A DNA stretch of 63,632 nucleotides, the filler included, from Stramenopiles sp. TOSAG23-3 (Eukaryota), in NCBI GenBank assembly GCA_900128585.1. It is 14 parts of 14 records of this genome, joined end to end, with 100 filler letters (N's around TTAATTAATTAA, not from the genome) between each part and the next. Parts side by side here need not be neighbours in the genome. Positions count along the whole stretch, not along the records: positions 5,966 to 11,811 come from LT643423.1; positions 11,912 to 17,753 come from LT643424.1; positions 17,854 to 23,694 come from LT643425.1; 11 more parts are not named here. The stretch is one strand, 5' to 3'. The position numbers and the translations under genes are program-made. Shown one piece after another: positions 9,066-20,611 of the stretch. Below the pieces are notes generated by a model. That model had not been told where the DNA came from, searched no databases, and worked only from the letters and a program-made list of their open reading frames with translations. Positions within the stretch are counted from its first letter, which is position 1. The number at the start of each line of letters is the position of its first letter.

Positions 9066-11736
9066 ATGTTGGAGGGAGAAGAACCGGCGGAAGAACATAT
9101 CGGCTCCGAAGATACATTGGTTGGGGACAATAACGTGGGCGTTTCTGGCCACACTTTTTTGTTTCGTATGCAGGAACTGAACCAAAGAGTGTGGAGCTTG
9201 ATGGCCTTGAAATGGCCATATAGGACGGTTTCGTCGATAGCATGGTCACCTTTTGCAGCTATCATACGCAGCCCTTTAAACACTGCAAAAAGTTTTTTTC
9301 CTGTAGCGGGTGTCATAACGCTTGTTGGCGGAGCGCTGTCTCTGCTGTCGTTTCTCGTAACGCCCTACGGCGTATTTTTTTTCATGTTATGGAGTCTGCA
9401 CCGTTTAGCTGTTGCGTTTGCACGTATGATGGCTTTTCCCGGACATTTGTCAACTGTCGCACGACAAATAGAAACAGGGACTATGGGACAATACGAAGCA
9501 GTTGAGAAACGGGCGCTGGCCACTGTCGGGCGGCTTGAAAGCGCACTGGGGGAAGAACTAAAGAACTACTCGAGGCTTGTTAAACAGGACAGCAATGCGA
9601 GTGAACGATACTCGTACCAACTGGACAAGAGAGTATTTGCGCCCTTGTGGCGGGAGGTCGACGAAGTAGTTCGTACAAGACTTCAAGAGACTCTGGAAAC
9701 CCTTAATTTACAGGAGTCTAACGAGTCGCTTTGCCCCGCAGCAGCACAGTACAAAATAGCTCTGCAAAACTTAATCGATACGTTGAAAGGGTTGGATCGT
9801 ACGAACATAAACTTTGTGAATGGTTGCGACCGCGATGTTTTGAATTTTATTGATACGTTCCGTAAGGTCAGCGCATTGGAAGACACTTTGGCGAAAGAGC
9901 CGAAGTCTGCAGCTGGGGGAAAGGACGACGCCATAAACAGCGTAGAAGACCCACCCGAAGGGGAAGGCGACGACTGCGAAGATTCAGACGCCCACTGGAC
10001 GGTTTCTATCTCGCGATCACTGCGTTCCTGGTATAAATCGTACCAGAGCAGCAAAACGCCGATGAATACCGTTTTCAACGTAAGCTTTTTTCGCGTAAAC
10101 GCTTTGAGGCAGTACAATGGGGAACTTTTGAAGTTAACTGGGGACGATGGCGTTGAATTTGAAGCGGTCTACTTCTGTCCTAAAGATTTTGCATCCACAA
10201 CGGAGCTGGATGGACCGAGGGGAGTGTTGTTTTGCAACCCAAACGGTGGTATGCTCGAGTACGTTTCCCATTGGGTAGGGTACTATCACCAAAGGGGCCT
10301 TGCCGTGATGCTGTTTAATTATCGTGGATACGGGCGATCAAAGGGGTACCCGGTCCCAACTTTGTTGAAGAAGGATGGCGTAGTTGCGCTGAGGGCTCTG
10401 GGACAGAAAATGCTACTGAGCTGCAACCGCGGTGTTCCGGGCGTGCAAGCAAAAATTATAGTTCACGGTGAATCGATGGGCGGGATGGTAGCATGTTACG
10501 TCGCAAATCAGTGTAAAAACATTGTCGAATTGCTAATTGTGGATCGCACCTTCAGGAATCTTGGATCAGAACAGGGTGGAAAACTGGAACGGTGGATGAT
10601 TACTTGCAAGTGTCTTGTCCAAAGGTTTTGACCTGTGACCCGGAAGACAAAATGATTCACAACCTGTCGTCGTTGAAATCAGGTGTCGTTGAAAGAATTA
10701 TTTTGGAAGAAATCAGTGCCGGGAAGGGATGGACCAAAAATTTGCCTCAGGAAAGTGGGGCAGCGGCAGACGCAGAAGGGAGTTTGGGCACGGCTCTTGC
10801 GGGGTTTGGGGATTTGGGTGCAAAAGACGGTTTCGTGCCTATATGGAAGTCGTCCGGTCTGAGCGGCAAATCAGGCCGAGGCAGAAAGCCCCGAAATGGT
10901 ATTAATGTATTTCGTGAGGCTGTGGTATCGTTTTTTGATAAAGTCCGCGGTGCTAGTCGGCATCCGCACGTTGATCCAGCAATGGATGTTACAACAATGA
11001 GACAAGTAGCTCACGCATTGAGCAATTTGCATAACAGTAAGTTCGGGCCAGCGGCCACTGCATTATTGCATACCTGCACACCTATGCTAACATCTTGTTT
11101 ACAACGTCCATATTTCTCTCACTTTTTATAGATTGCAATGGCACGATGACAAATGCAGTCAAAGACGGCCCCGAAGCTATCGTGTCTTGGGCCCAAACAT
11201 TACTAGTCTACGGCCCTGTTTCGATGGCACCACCGTATGAAACGCTCGTCAACGAGAAAGAAAAACTTGTCAAAGAGTTTGCACGTCGGCAGTATAGTCG
11301 CGGTGGTCAGCGCCAAAGCATGTTAGATGCAGACTTGTCTGCGCTGTTTCGTATGGTCTCGTTGAAGGAATGTGTTACGGTTCTTGCGGAAAGCATGGAT
11401 GAAAACGTAGTGGGTGAGGCCATTAGGGAAGTGGAGATCATTTGGAGAAGTTTGCACGACTTGCAACGTCGATACGAGAAACGTGTAGTCGAAAATGGTA
11501 TGGAAAGCTACTGCACCGGCACAGACTTTCAACCCGTTTACTTTACGGCTGCCGATGAAGCCATTAGTCGACAAGCCCAAGCTTCAAGAGTAAGAGAAGG
11601 AAAAGAAAAGAAGGCGATGGCTTTAAATTCTCGCACGGGTCTTCTGCTGCCGTTGCGGTGCGGCCACAATGCTGCTTTGAAACCCGACGAAGCTGCCCAA
11701 TTAGACGGCGTCTTGTCTGACATGGGGTGGTGTTGA
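9066..11736 (+). CDS. Alpha/beta-hydrolase (ABHD-like) with N-terminal TM segments, one intron (11037-11131) and a frame break near 10570
   Basis: NYRGYGRS, nucleophile motif HGESMGG, DRTF, candidate acid residue in DPED, C-terminal CGHN. Three ORFs join into one gene. Confidence 0.8.
11037..11131 (+). other. Spliceosomal GT-AG intron (95 nt)
   Basis: GTAAGT donor, TGCTAAC branch site at 11085-11091, pyrimidine tract, TAG acceptor. Splicing joins the 10592 and 11095 ORFs in frame (A|AT = Asn). Confidence 0.9.
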
Positions 11737-11779
11737 CCAAACTCTCTTAAGAACAAAACCAAGTGTTTTTATAAGTTCT

Positions 11780-11801
11780 TAAAAACAAAAAAATGGCTGT
11801 T
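11780..11801 (+). promoter_or_regulatory. Recurrent 3'-flanking element, copy 3 (TAAAAACAAAAAAATGGCTGTT)
   Basis: About 45 nt after the stop at 11736. Preceded by AAGTGTTTTTATAA. Confidence 0.55.
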
Positions 11802-11811
11802 ACACAAGTGT

Positions 11812-11911
11812 NNNNNNNNNNNNNNNNNNNNNNNNNNNNNNNNNNNNNNNNNNNNTTAATTAATTAANNNNNNNNNNNNNNNNNNNNNNNNNNNNNNNNN
11901 NNNNNNNNNNN
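11812..11911. other. Artificial contig spacer
   Basis: N44-TTAATTAATTAA-N44. Confidence 0.99.
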
Positions 11912-11990
11912 CTATATTGTTTCGCTCTTGATCGGGCCGGTATAGAATACCTGGGGTATCTATCACTTGAATTGCGCCCGTTTCCTCAAT
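11912..11990. repeat. 79-bp inverted repeat with 17675-17753 (both ends of the contig)
   Basis: Exact reverse-complement match. This arm is GTPase coding sequence. Confidence 0.95.
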
Positions 11991-12827
11991 CCCAGTGGCG
12001 GCGTCCGTGGCCTCGATGGAGTCTGCACCAACCCTACTCAACTCCTGAGAATCGGTGAGATGGCCGATCAAAATACCGCGCGTAGTGAACGGGTAATGGT
12101 TCACCTCTGGCTTTCCCGAAGACAATGCCCGAACAAGGCTGGATTTCCCAACGTTGGGGGCACCGACCAGCGAAATGGTGGGAACATCAAGCTCAAAAAC
12201 TGGCAAGCCCCGCAGCAGGATAGCCATAGTGCACAATTCATCCCAGACGTTCCCACCGTCACCCCTGGCCTGAAACTCAGGGGTGGTTTCTCCGCCGAGT
12301 GATTGCCCCCTTGGAGCAAACAGCAACCGCCGAAGCTCGTCCTTCCCGTCTTGAAACAGCAGGTTTGCTTCGTGCGGGGTTCCCGCAACCTTGATTTCAT
12401 TGTCGATTTTAAATTTGATGATGTCGTCAACTTTCGGGATCAATTTTCTTGCGTTTTTGATCCTTTCTATGTATGAGCTATTGTTTTTCTCGTCGAAATC
12501 GGTCAAATCTATAATGTCTCTGTCCAGGGGATGGAAGGCAGAAGGCGACGGAAACGCGTTTAAATTTTCAAGTAGCTTGTCCTTCAGTTGCGACCCGACC
12601 CACCGCAGGCTGTCCTCGGCGTGAATCTTTTCCTTCGTGAGTACCTGCGAACTGCCCAGCCTATGTTTCTGCGACGATTTCATCCCCATTCGTTTCATTT
12701 TATTAATCTTGCTCTTCTTCTTGTTCCTGCCCGCAACAATATAGTTCGGTACCCGCTTCCAGAAACGCGCATTTAAAATGTCTTGAGTGTTATGTACAAA
12801 CGGTATGTCCCGTAGTCGTTTGGACAT
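11912..12827 (-). CDS. NOG1-like OBG-family GTPase, 3'-partial
   Basis: G1 GAPNVGKSS, G2 YPFTT, G3 DTPG. FHP motif in the helical N-terminal domain. Confidence 0.85.
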
Positions 12828-13523
12828 TTCCCCTTACCCTTCTCGTGGGCATAGACAGTTGCGTTGAAAGGGCCGGCCGTGATGTTCGTACTCGGGTAGT
12901 GACAAAACCCTTCTTTTCTGTGGGAGAGACGCTCAATTTTTGTTCAATCGATTGGCGTATTACCAATGATACTAAATCCAAATCAGAGTTATTAGAAAAT
13001 AATTTAAAGGACGTCTACCGCGGCCGACGTACTTGGAAAATATTAATCATCATCATCAAGCAAGCAAAAAAAGCCGGGAGATCCACAACAACAACAAAAT
13101 CGATCCATACTATTCTTCTTCGGAATTGGTTCCTTGTCGTCTTCTTCTTTGGTAAAAAATAAAAAGTTGTTGTTGTGTCCTACCTAAAAGTGTGGAGAAG
13201 GAGGAAGTGGCACCAAGAAGAAGAAGTCACGAGAAGAGGAAAGAGGAGGAGGAAGACCAACAATACAGAACAGCAAATGATGAGTAAATACACTACAGTA
13301 TTTCATACTATATGTAAACGATTGTACTATGTAATAGGTATACGGTATTGTATTCTAATCAAATTTGATGGGATTTTGACACTATGAAAAAGTACACCAT
13401 ACTATAGACTTCGGTACATTTATGAATTTTTTACGGGCAGCGCATTCACGGACAGCGCATTTTATCGTTCTCTAGTTAAATTAAGTATCAACATTGTTAA
13501 AAAAACAACAAGTCAACAAACAT

Positions 13524-13850
13524 CTACAGTCCTACAGTTCCAGCTGGTTTTTGAGATACAAGCCCTGGGAATTGCCCGACAACGTTTACCATGCATGAAA
13601 AAGAATACCCACAGTCTCCATCTTCTTTCTTTGCGCAGGGGTACTCCGCTTCGAGCTTGCAGGGAATGCATTTGTTAACGGGGTGACAAAAATTGGAAGC
13701 ATGGCATGCTCCAATTGCGGATACCTCATCCTTTACAGGAATGCCATGGTGGCCAGGGCAAATTCCATTTTGAACGGCAACTACATTCAATACTGACATG
13801 GCAACCAGACCAACGACCAGTAAGATCGTATTGACGCCGCGAAGTGACAT
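13524..13850 (-). CDS. Small secreted Cys-rich protein (108 aa)
   Basis: Signal peptide MSLRGVNTILLVVGLVAMSVLNVVA and 8 Cys in the mature part. Confidence 0.7.
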   Translation of the reverse strand: MSLRGVNTILLVVGLVAMSVLNVVAVQNGICPGHHGIPVKDEVSAIGACHASNFCHPVNKCIPCKLEAEYPCAKKEDGDCGYSFSCMVNVVGQFPGLVSQKPAGTVGL

Positions 13851-14755
13851 GGTGACGTACTTTCTAACTAATAAGAACAATATAATAAACAAGGCGAAAC
13901 AAATCTGTTCGAAAATACTTCCTCCTTACCTTTATCTTACTTTCAGTAAATTTTTGGAACGCTAGATAAAGGGAACGAAAGCATCTTCATGTTGGACAGT
14001 TAAACGAGCAGGAAGAAACCAATGCGTTCGATGCAAATAAAAAATTACTATACTATAATAATAAAAAAACAAATGATGATGATTTATTCTTCCTCCGCCG
14101 TTGTGTTTTCTTCTTCTTCTTTCTTTTCTCTTTTTTTCTTTGCAAGAAGAAAGAAGAAGAACGATCACCGAAAACAAACAGGCGAATGCCGCCCCCCTTT
14201 TTTTTAGTTTTATACTTATAACCCTCACTCTAACCCGACACGAATATAAAAGAAAATAGGGTTCTTCGGTTTGCCACCCTATTTAATGTACTAAATAAGT
14301 ACATAGAAGTACGAGGAGTCTACGTGCTTGTCAGTTGTTTATTTGAATTTTTTTATTTCCTCCATAGTACCAGTAGTTGAGTTTGAATTCACAATGCTAT
14401 TTGCATTGTAATACCTGTGTTGTAAAAGAAAAAAAATAATAATAGAAAGAAAAAAAAAGCAAAGAAAAGAAGAAGATACGCAACAACAAGAGAATACCAA
14501 GGAAGGACAACAAGGCAAAAAAAAAAAAGAAGAACTAACTAACAACCACACTACTTCACACTTTGAAACTATTGCTTCAACAGATTCAGTTGTTCTTTGC
14601 GATTTGTTCTACTTGAAAGTGGGGAAAGAAGCAGACAACGTTGATCTTGATTGTCAAAACGATGCGAAGCGAAGAGCGAAGGAGAGAAGTTAGTCGGAAA
14701 GAAGAGGCGGTTGCAGGTTTTTGTGTGTGTGGCTTCGTAGCAGCCATATAGTAGT

Positions 14756-16573
14756 ATGAATAGTACTTCCGGGACGGGAGTCTTACCAGCCGACGGTGCC
14801 TCCAAACATTTCCCGTTTACCAAGAGGGATTTTGTCAATGTGCAATCGAGGACATGGCCTGGGATCAACAAGCCGGGCGGGGTAGGCCGGGTAACAAAGG
14901 TTAATGTAGAAACGGGGACGGTTAATGTGAAATATGTGTTAGGGGGTTCGGAAAAAAATGTAGAGCTCAAGTATTGCAGCCCGATGGTAACGGCCTCAAG
15001 TCGGACTCCGCGCAAGCGCAAAGCTTCCTCGTTGAGCCCAGGCGCGTCCAAAATTATGAAAATGACTTCAAGGACGGCAAGATTGGACAAGCCCCCCCTA
15101 AACAACACCACATCAGAGGCGACCGCCGACCTTACGAGCAGCACAACCACAGTGCCCACTTCGCCGACCCTCGAGGAGCCGACGATCGACGAGGCGTTGC
15201 AGCCGGGAAGCCCTCACCAACCCAGCCCGGCGCCCCAAATGAAGTCGCCTCCTGCAACCCAACCTTCCATTTTGACGAACGCATCGCAGGCCGTGACCCC
15301 AGGAAGGGCAGGGTATAGTACAGCTAATACTAACGCGGGAACCAAAGGGTCCCAGGTGCCTGTGACGACGGCCGGGGGGGCAGAGAGAAAAGAGGCCCGG
15401 GCGTTTCCATTTTCTGTTCGCGAATTTGTTAACGTTCAATCGAGGACATGGCCAGGGATCAACAAGCCCGGCGGGGTGGGGCGGATCACCAGGATCAATG
15501 TAGATACAGACACGGTGAACATCAAATATGTTTTGGGAGGCTCAGAAAAGAATGTCCCAGTTAAATATGTAAAACACAGAATCATTGCCAATCAGCTAGA
15601 AGAGAAACGGGACAGGATTTCTACAGATTTTTTTCACAACAACAGGTATTCTCCGAAGAATACGCGTGGGAACAGCCGAAGCGGTGAAACTGAAAAGGCG
15701 AGCAAACCCTCGCAGCTGTCCGTGGGGGGAGGGGAGGGGGCACCAAGTAGTCAACGCGTATCCCCTGGACCGGCTGAAGCAGTTCTTGAGCCTGCGAAGG
15801 CCTCCGACAAAGCGAAAGTTTCTGAGACGGCAACAATCGCAACAAAGAAGAAGAAAAAGAAGGCGGCGAACAAAAAGAGAACGTTGCTGCCAACTCGTGC
15901 TGCCGCGAGCGCCAGTCGCCCCACCAACCCATCGGTGCAAAGTAGTCAAGTTCGCCCCGCCCTTGCTACACAGACCAAAAAGAAGCAAAAAAAGAAGGGG
16001 ATTCGCAGAAAGAATCCACAGGCGCCAGCCTGCACTGCTGGAAGCACCCTTGCAGCAAGCGTAACCACTAGCGCAAGTCGCTCCCCCGCCAAACGGCACA
16101 GCAAGACAAACAGCCCGAACAAAGATGACCCCATCATTTTGCCCCCCAAAAAAAACCGACGTATTTTTTCAGGGCTAGACCATTTGTCAAGAACAGCCAG
16201 TTCACCGCTAGGCAAGTATGTGACGGAGCGAGTCTGTCAAGATCACGTAGCTGGTGTCCCATCGTCATTTCTGTTCTCCCCAGGCGGTGGTGCTTCATCG
16301 TCGTCTCCTCCGGGAGATGAAGACACTAAATTAAAAGTGCTTGCAAAATTGCACTGCATGAGGATAAAATTGGTAAAAGATAAGATTGTGGACATATTTT
16401 CGAAGTTGCGAACCGACGTTTTAAGTTTTTGCACGCTCGAGTCAGAGCTGAGCGATGTTGTGGAGCGCGAATTTACGAAGGAGGAGTTGTCCAGCATTTT
16501 AGTGACCTTAGAATGCGAGAACCGGATCATGTTTGTTAAAGAAGAAAACGGCGGTTCGATTTACCAGATTTGA
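14756..16573 (+). CDS. Probable nuclear protein: two tandem Tudor/SH3-like domains, a basic linker and a C-terminal winged-helix-like domain
   Basis: Two copies of FVNVQSRTWPGINKPGGVGR.T..NV.T.TVN.KYVLGGSEKNV. NLS-like Lys runs. C-terminal EELSSILVTLECENRIMF. Confidence 0.8.
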   Translation: MNSTSGTGVLPADGASKHFPFTKRDFVNVQSRTWPGINKPGGVGRVTKVNVETGTVNVKYVLGGSEKNVELKYCSPMVTASSRTPRKRKASSLSPGASKIMKMTSRTARLDKPPLNNTTSEATADLTSSTTTVPTSPTLEEPTIDEALQPGSPHQPSPAPQMKSPPATQPSILTNASQAVTPGRAGYSTANTNAGTKGSQVPVTTAGGAERKEARAFPFSVREFVNVQSRTWPGINKPGGVGRITRINVDTDTVNIKYVLGGSEKNVPVKYVKHRIIANQLEEKRDRISTDFFHNNRYSPKNTRGNSRSGETEKASKPSQLSVGGGEGAPSSQRVSPGPAEAVLEPAKASDKAKVSETATIATKKKKKKAANKKRTLLPTRAAASASRPTNPSVQSSQVRPALATQTKKKQKKKGIRRKNPQAPACTAGSTLAASVTTSASRSPAKRHSKTNSPNKDDPIILPPKKNRRIFSGLDHLSRTASSPLGKYVTERVCQDHVAGVPSSFLFSPGGGASSSSPPGDEDTKLKVLAKLHCMRIKLVKDKIVDIFSKLRTDVLSFCTLESELSDVVEREFTKEELSSILVTLECENRIMFVKEENGGSIYQI

Positions 16574-16896
16574 CTGGGGGCCTGGAGTCTGACCAAAATT
16601 TGCCTAGAGATCACTATTTAAGTTATACGAGATTACGAAGAAGATTACGGAGTAAGATTTAGTAAATGCCTGGAATCTCGTATAACATAATGTAACAGAA
16701 ACTACCACAGTAATTCTTATCTTCTTTAGTGTCTTTAAGCACGACAAAAGAGCGTTCAAAATTTTCTTTTTGTGGTGTCAAGAGTTTTGGACCTCCACCA
16801 TGGTGAATCCGTTACAGCAGCCCAAGGCTCTCTCCAGGGCTTCCCATAAATAATTCCACGGTGCAGAAGTTACGCCAACGCAATTGTGAACACAAT

Positions 16897-17268
16897 TTAC
16901 TCTGTTCGGAATATAATGTGGAGGCCAGAATCAGTGTCGACGATCTCAGACATTTCTCCAACATTCAACCCAAAAGTTGCATCTTCAAACGGCTTTTGCA
17001 TCATTCCGCGAGTGAAACTTCCTAGATCACCCCCCTCTCGGAACGACCCACAGTCGGACCGGCCCTTCGCTATCTTGCAAAAATTATCGTACAGGCTTTG
17101 TTGCCCTTGGCTGCTCCCGATTTCCTGCAGCTTCAAACGAATGCCTGACAGTTCCTTCTCCGCATCCTGCTTCGAAAGAACAATTTTCGCCCCCGTTCGA
17201 CGGCTAACTGGATTCCTGCTTTCGGTGTGCTTTGTTAGAATGTGACAAGCACGGACGCTTTCGCTCAT
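16897..17268 (-). CDS. PIN1: Pin1-type parvulin PPIase lacking a WW domain
   Basis: VRACHILTKH..SRNP.S, SDCGS, GGDLG.F.RG.MQKPFE, TDSGLHII. Confidence 0.92.
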   Translation of the reverse strand: MSESVRACHILTKHTESRNPVSRRTGAKIVLSKQDAEKELSGIRLKLQEIGSSQGQQSLYDNFCKIAKGRSDCGSFREGGDLGSFTRGMMQKPFEDATFGLNVGEMSEIVDTDSGLHIIFRTE

Positions 17269-17674
17269 GGTGTTGATACAAAGTGTTTCGTAAATTCTGG
17301 GTAGAGACGAATTTCTCGTTTTTTCTGCAAGACAAGGCGATGTTGCACGAACCGAGTGGAGGTTCTTTAAATTGAATTTGCCACCAAACAAGTATTATTA
17401 TGGAGATAAAGAAAAAGTAAAAAATGTCTCTTTGTTCTGTTGAATTATTGTTGAATTCAACAACTACTCTGCTGATTTTGTTGTTGTTGTCGTCGTTGTT
17501 GTACAGTAGTAGTATGATAACTGATAACTGATAATAATACATTTCATCTACTAATATTAACACTACCAAAGATGATAGGACAGAATGTAGCATCATTTTT
17601 AGATATAATTTTTTCAATTTTTTTTAATTGTTGGGTGGTATAGATTAAATCACCCATTTAACTATTCCAATGGT

Positions 17675-17753
17675 ATTGAGGAAACGGGCGCAATTCAAGT
17701 GATAGATACCCCAGGTATTCTATACCGGCCCGATCAAGAGCGAAACAATATAG
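17675..17753. repeat. Right arm of the 79-bp inverted repeat (copy of GTPase coding sequence)
   Basis: Reverse complement of 11912-11990. Confidence 0.95.
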
Positions 17754-17853
17754 NNNNNNNNNNNNNNNNNNNNNNNNNNNNNNNNNNNNNNNNNNNNTTA
17801 ATTAATTAANNNNNNNNNNNNNNNNNNNNNNNNNNNNNNNNNNNNNNNNNNNN
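17754..17853. other. Artificial contig spacer
   Basis: N44-TTAATTAATTAA-N44. Confidence 0.99.
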
Positions 17854-18429
17854 CTCTTGATTATATAGTCTATATACTGTACCTTTATATCTTCTTTTAT
17901 TTTCCTATATAAACATTTCTCTTGTTTTAAATTGAATACCTTCCTACCTACCAACTACGGTAACTAAAACAGTACCAACCAATTAAACCCAACAACCAGC
18001 ACAAGACTGTAGGCGGATGCCCTAACCAATTTTTAGGGGAAAACGTGAGAAAACCATTATATAGGTAATGCGTATTTGTATTATTTATTACGATATAAAG
18101 AAAGTGACGTTTTTACGGGAAACACTTTGATATAGTAGTATTGTATAGTATTTACAAGTACTTATATCAGATAGGTAATTCAACTCGAAAAAGAAAAACA
18201 CAAAGATGCACAAGGTAATAGCATCTAAACTAACAAAAAAATAAAAGAAAAACAAAATATTGAGTTTTCTTTTCTTTTTCTTCTTCTTCACTGTTGTTCG
18301 GTACCGGTACGGTACAATGTAAGAAGCTTCTTCTTGTTGTGTCCGATTTAAATGACTTCTACTTTCTATATACGTACTGTACGAGAGGATACGTACTCAA
18401 ATAATAATAATATAATAATAATTTAAAAT

Positions 18430-18463
<34 letters not shown>

Positions 18464-18667
18464 GAAGTAGTAGTAGTAGTCGTTGGTTGAAGTAATATCG
18501 ACGCGAATACAAATATTAGAAACCGTTTGATAATGAAAAGAAAGGAGTAGAGTGTAGAGTTTTCATGGTTTTAACTCACGAGTGAACGAATATTCAAATT
18601 TGAAAGAGCATAGCATATTGAATTTTTTGTTAAATTTGGAAATTGGACAAAGTGAGGTACAGCCACC

Positions 18668-19156
18668 ATGATCAAAGCGATTATCATAGTGAATAACAAC
18701 GGGGAGCCGCGAGTGATCAAATTTTACGAGCCCATGGCGGACGCTGAGGGGCAGAAGATCATTAGGGAATGCTTCCTTTCCGTGTCGAAACGGTCCGATG
18801 GGGTCTGTAATTTTCTGGAAGGGAACGATATTCCGTACTGGAAAGAAAAGACGGGCGAAGATGTGAAACTCGTGTACCGACACTATGCAACTTTGTATTT
18901 TATTTTCGTGGTGGACTCGTCGGAGAGTGAACTTGGGATCCTAGACTTAATTCAGGTCTTTGTCGAGACCCTTGACAAGTGCTTCGAAAACGTATGCGAA
19001 TTGGACCTCATTTTTCACTCCGACAAAGTCCATTACATTTTAGATGAAATTGTTATGGCTGGCATGGTGCTGGAGACGAACATCACTAAGATTATCGAAG
19101 CCATCACAGAAATGAACAAGTTAGAAAAGCTCGACGACGGGAGTGGGAAACGATAA
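18668..19156 (+). CDS. AP3S1: AP-3 adaptor complex subunit sigma
   Basis: YRHYATLYF, SESELGILDLIQVFVETLDKCFENVCELDLIFH, GMVLETN. Confidence 0.95.
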   Translation: MIKAIIIVNNNGEPRVIKFYEPMADAEGQKIIRECFLSVSKRSDGVCNFLEGNDIPYWKEKTGEDVKLVYRHYATLYFIFVVDSSESELGILDLIQVFVETLDKCFENVCELDLIFHSDKVHYILDEIVMAGMVLETNITKIIEAITEMNKLEKLDDGSGKR

Positions 19157-19392
19157 AAGTTACCTGAGCTGTACGAAAGAGAGGGGGTGTTTTTTGGTGA
19201 AATAAAAACACTTGGAACTTTCGTACACGCAAAAGACGTTTTTATAAATTTAGATACGATCTTACTGCTTTATTTTGTATAGTTTTGCGCCACTTTACTT
19301 TACGCATCTTACAACAGTAATGCAACCGGGTTTACCCGCGCGGTAAATATTTCTCTTGTTCGTGTGTTGTCTGCGTGCTTAAACCCTGTTGA

Positions 19393-20611
19393 TCACGGAT
19401 CGTCTTCAACTAATTTGGGCATTTTCTGGAAATCGCAGATGCCCGGACGGGCGGCGAAATAGTCGTGGCGCAAAGCTTCTGCTGCACTCATTCGGGTCGC
19501 AGAGTTGTACCGCAACAGCTTCTGAATAAAATCGAACCCAGGCGGCGTTATGTCAACTAGAGGGAAAACTTGGGACAGCAGGCTGGGGTTGCCCTGCAGA
19601 CGCAAGTTTTTGCTGCCTGGCAACGCCGTGATCTGGGGCCAACTCTCCAGAGTCGGGGAGCCGAGAACACCAAATATCTTTCCCATCTGGTCGATTTCGC
19701 TGCTTCCCGGGAAAGTCACCCTATTGCGCACTAATTCCCCGAACAGGCAACCAAGGGACCACATGTCAATTTCCGGTCCATAATGTGTCGCTCCCAAGAG
19801 CAATTCTGGCGCACGGTAATACCTCGTCGTTGTTCCTGGTGTCATGGGCCGCGAAGAACTTGACGGCGACGCACCACCGAAAGAGAAGGAGGGTGGGAGC
19901 TCCTTCGCGAGCCCAAAATCACACAAGCGGACGCGGCCAGCCCCATCGTACAGAATGTTGGATGGCTTTACATCTCGGTGAATGACCCGTTTTCCATGAA
20001 GGAATGCCAAGGCTTCCACTACTTGGTGGGTTATGCACTTAATCTCTCCGCACTGCAACGACCCGCCTGCAGCCTCCATCAGGACGGTCAAATCAAACGG
20101 CACGAATTCCATCACTATGCACATTCTCCGCGCTTGTTGAAATTCCTGAAATTCGATTACGCGCACAACGTTCGGGTGTGGGCAGTCGAGAAGTTTCAGG
20201 TCGGACATAATAGTCACTTCGTTCAGAGCTTCTGCGGAATCCTTCAGGCACTTAATGGCCACAAATGGCCCACCAAAGATCCGTTCCGAACCCATCGGAA
20301 CTTTGCACTTTAACACTTCGCCAAACGTTCCTTCCCCAACCCTCGAGATAACTTCATATTTTTCAAAAACGTCCCGTTTCGCAACACTACCTGCCTCTTG
20401 ACCTTCCACACGCCGTACTTTTGCACTCGTCCCCTTCCCAAACTTTGTGCCATCATCATCGCTATCTTCCGAATCAGATTCCCAACGGCTTCGTTTTTTT
20501 TTTCTGTAAATCTTCTGCCCCAATCGCTTCCAACAGCTTCCTCACTTCTATACGCCGCCTCTCCAGTTCACCCCTCGTGTACCCAACGAGGTGGGCACCA
20601 TCACCATCCAT
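19393..20611 (-). CDS. Cyclin-dependent kinase, CDK10/11-like, with an apparent +1 frameshift in an A10 run (20494-20503)
   Basis: GEGTFG, HRDVKPSN, DFGLA, MTP...RYYRAPELLLG, EIDMWSLGC. An upstream ATG at 20611 joins the kinase frame if one A is removed. Confidence 0.85.

Noticed and set aside
12828-12981. Frameshifted N-terminal extension of the NOG1-like GTPase
   Set aside because: No long homopolymer and no homology support. ATG 12827 is adequate.
11912-17753. TIR transposon or linear element carrying PIN1 and other genes
   Set aside because: No transposase, the repeat is part of a GTPase CDS, and both arms end at contig edges.
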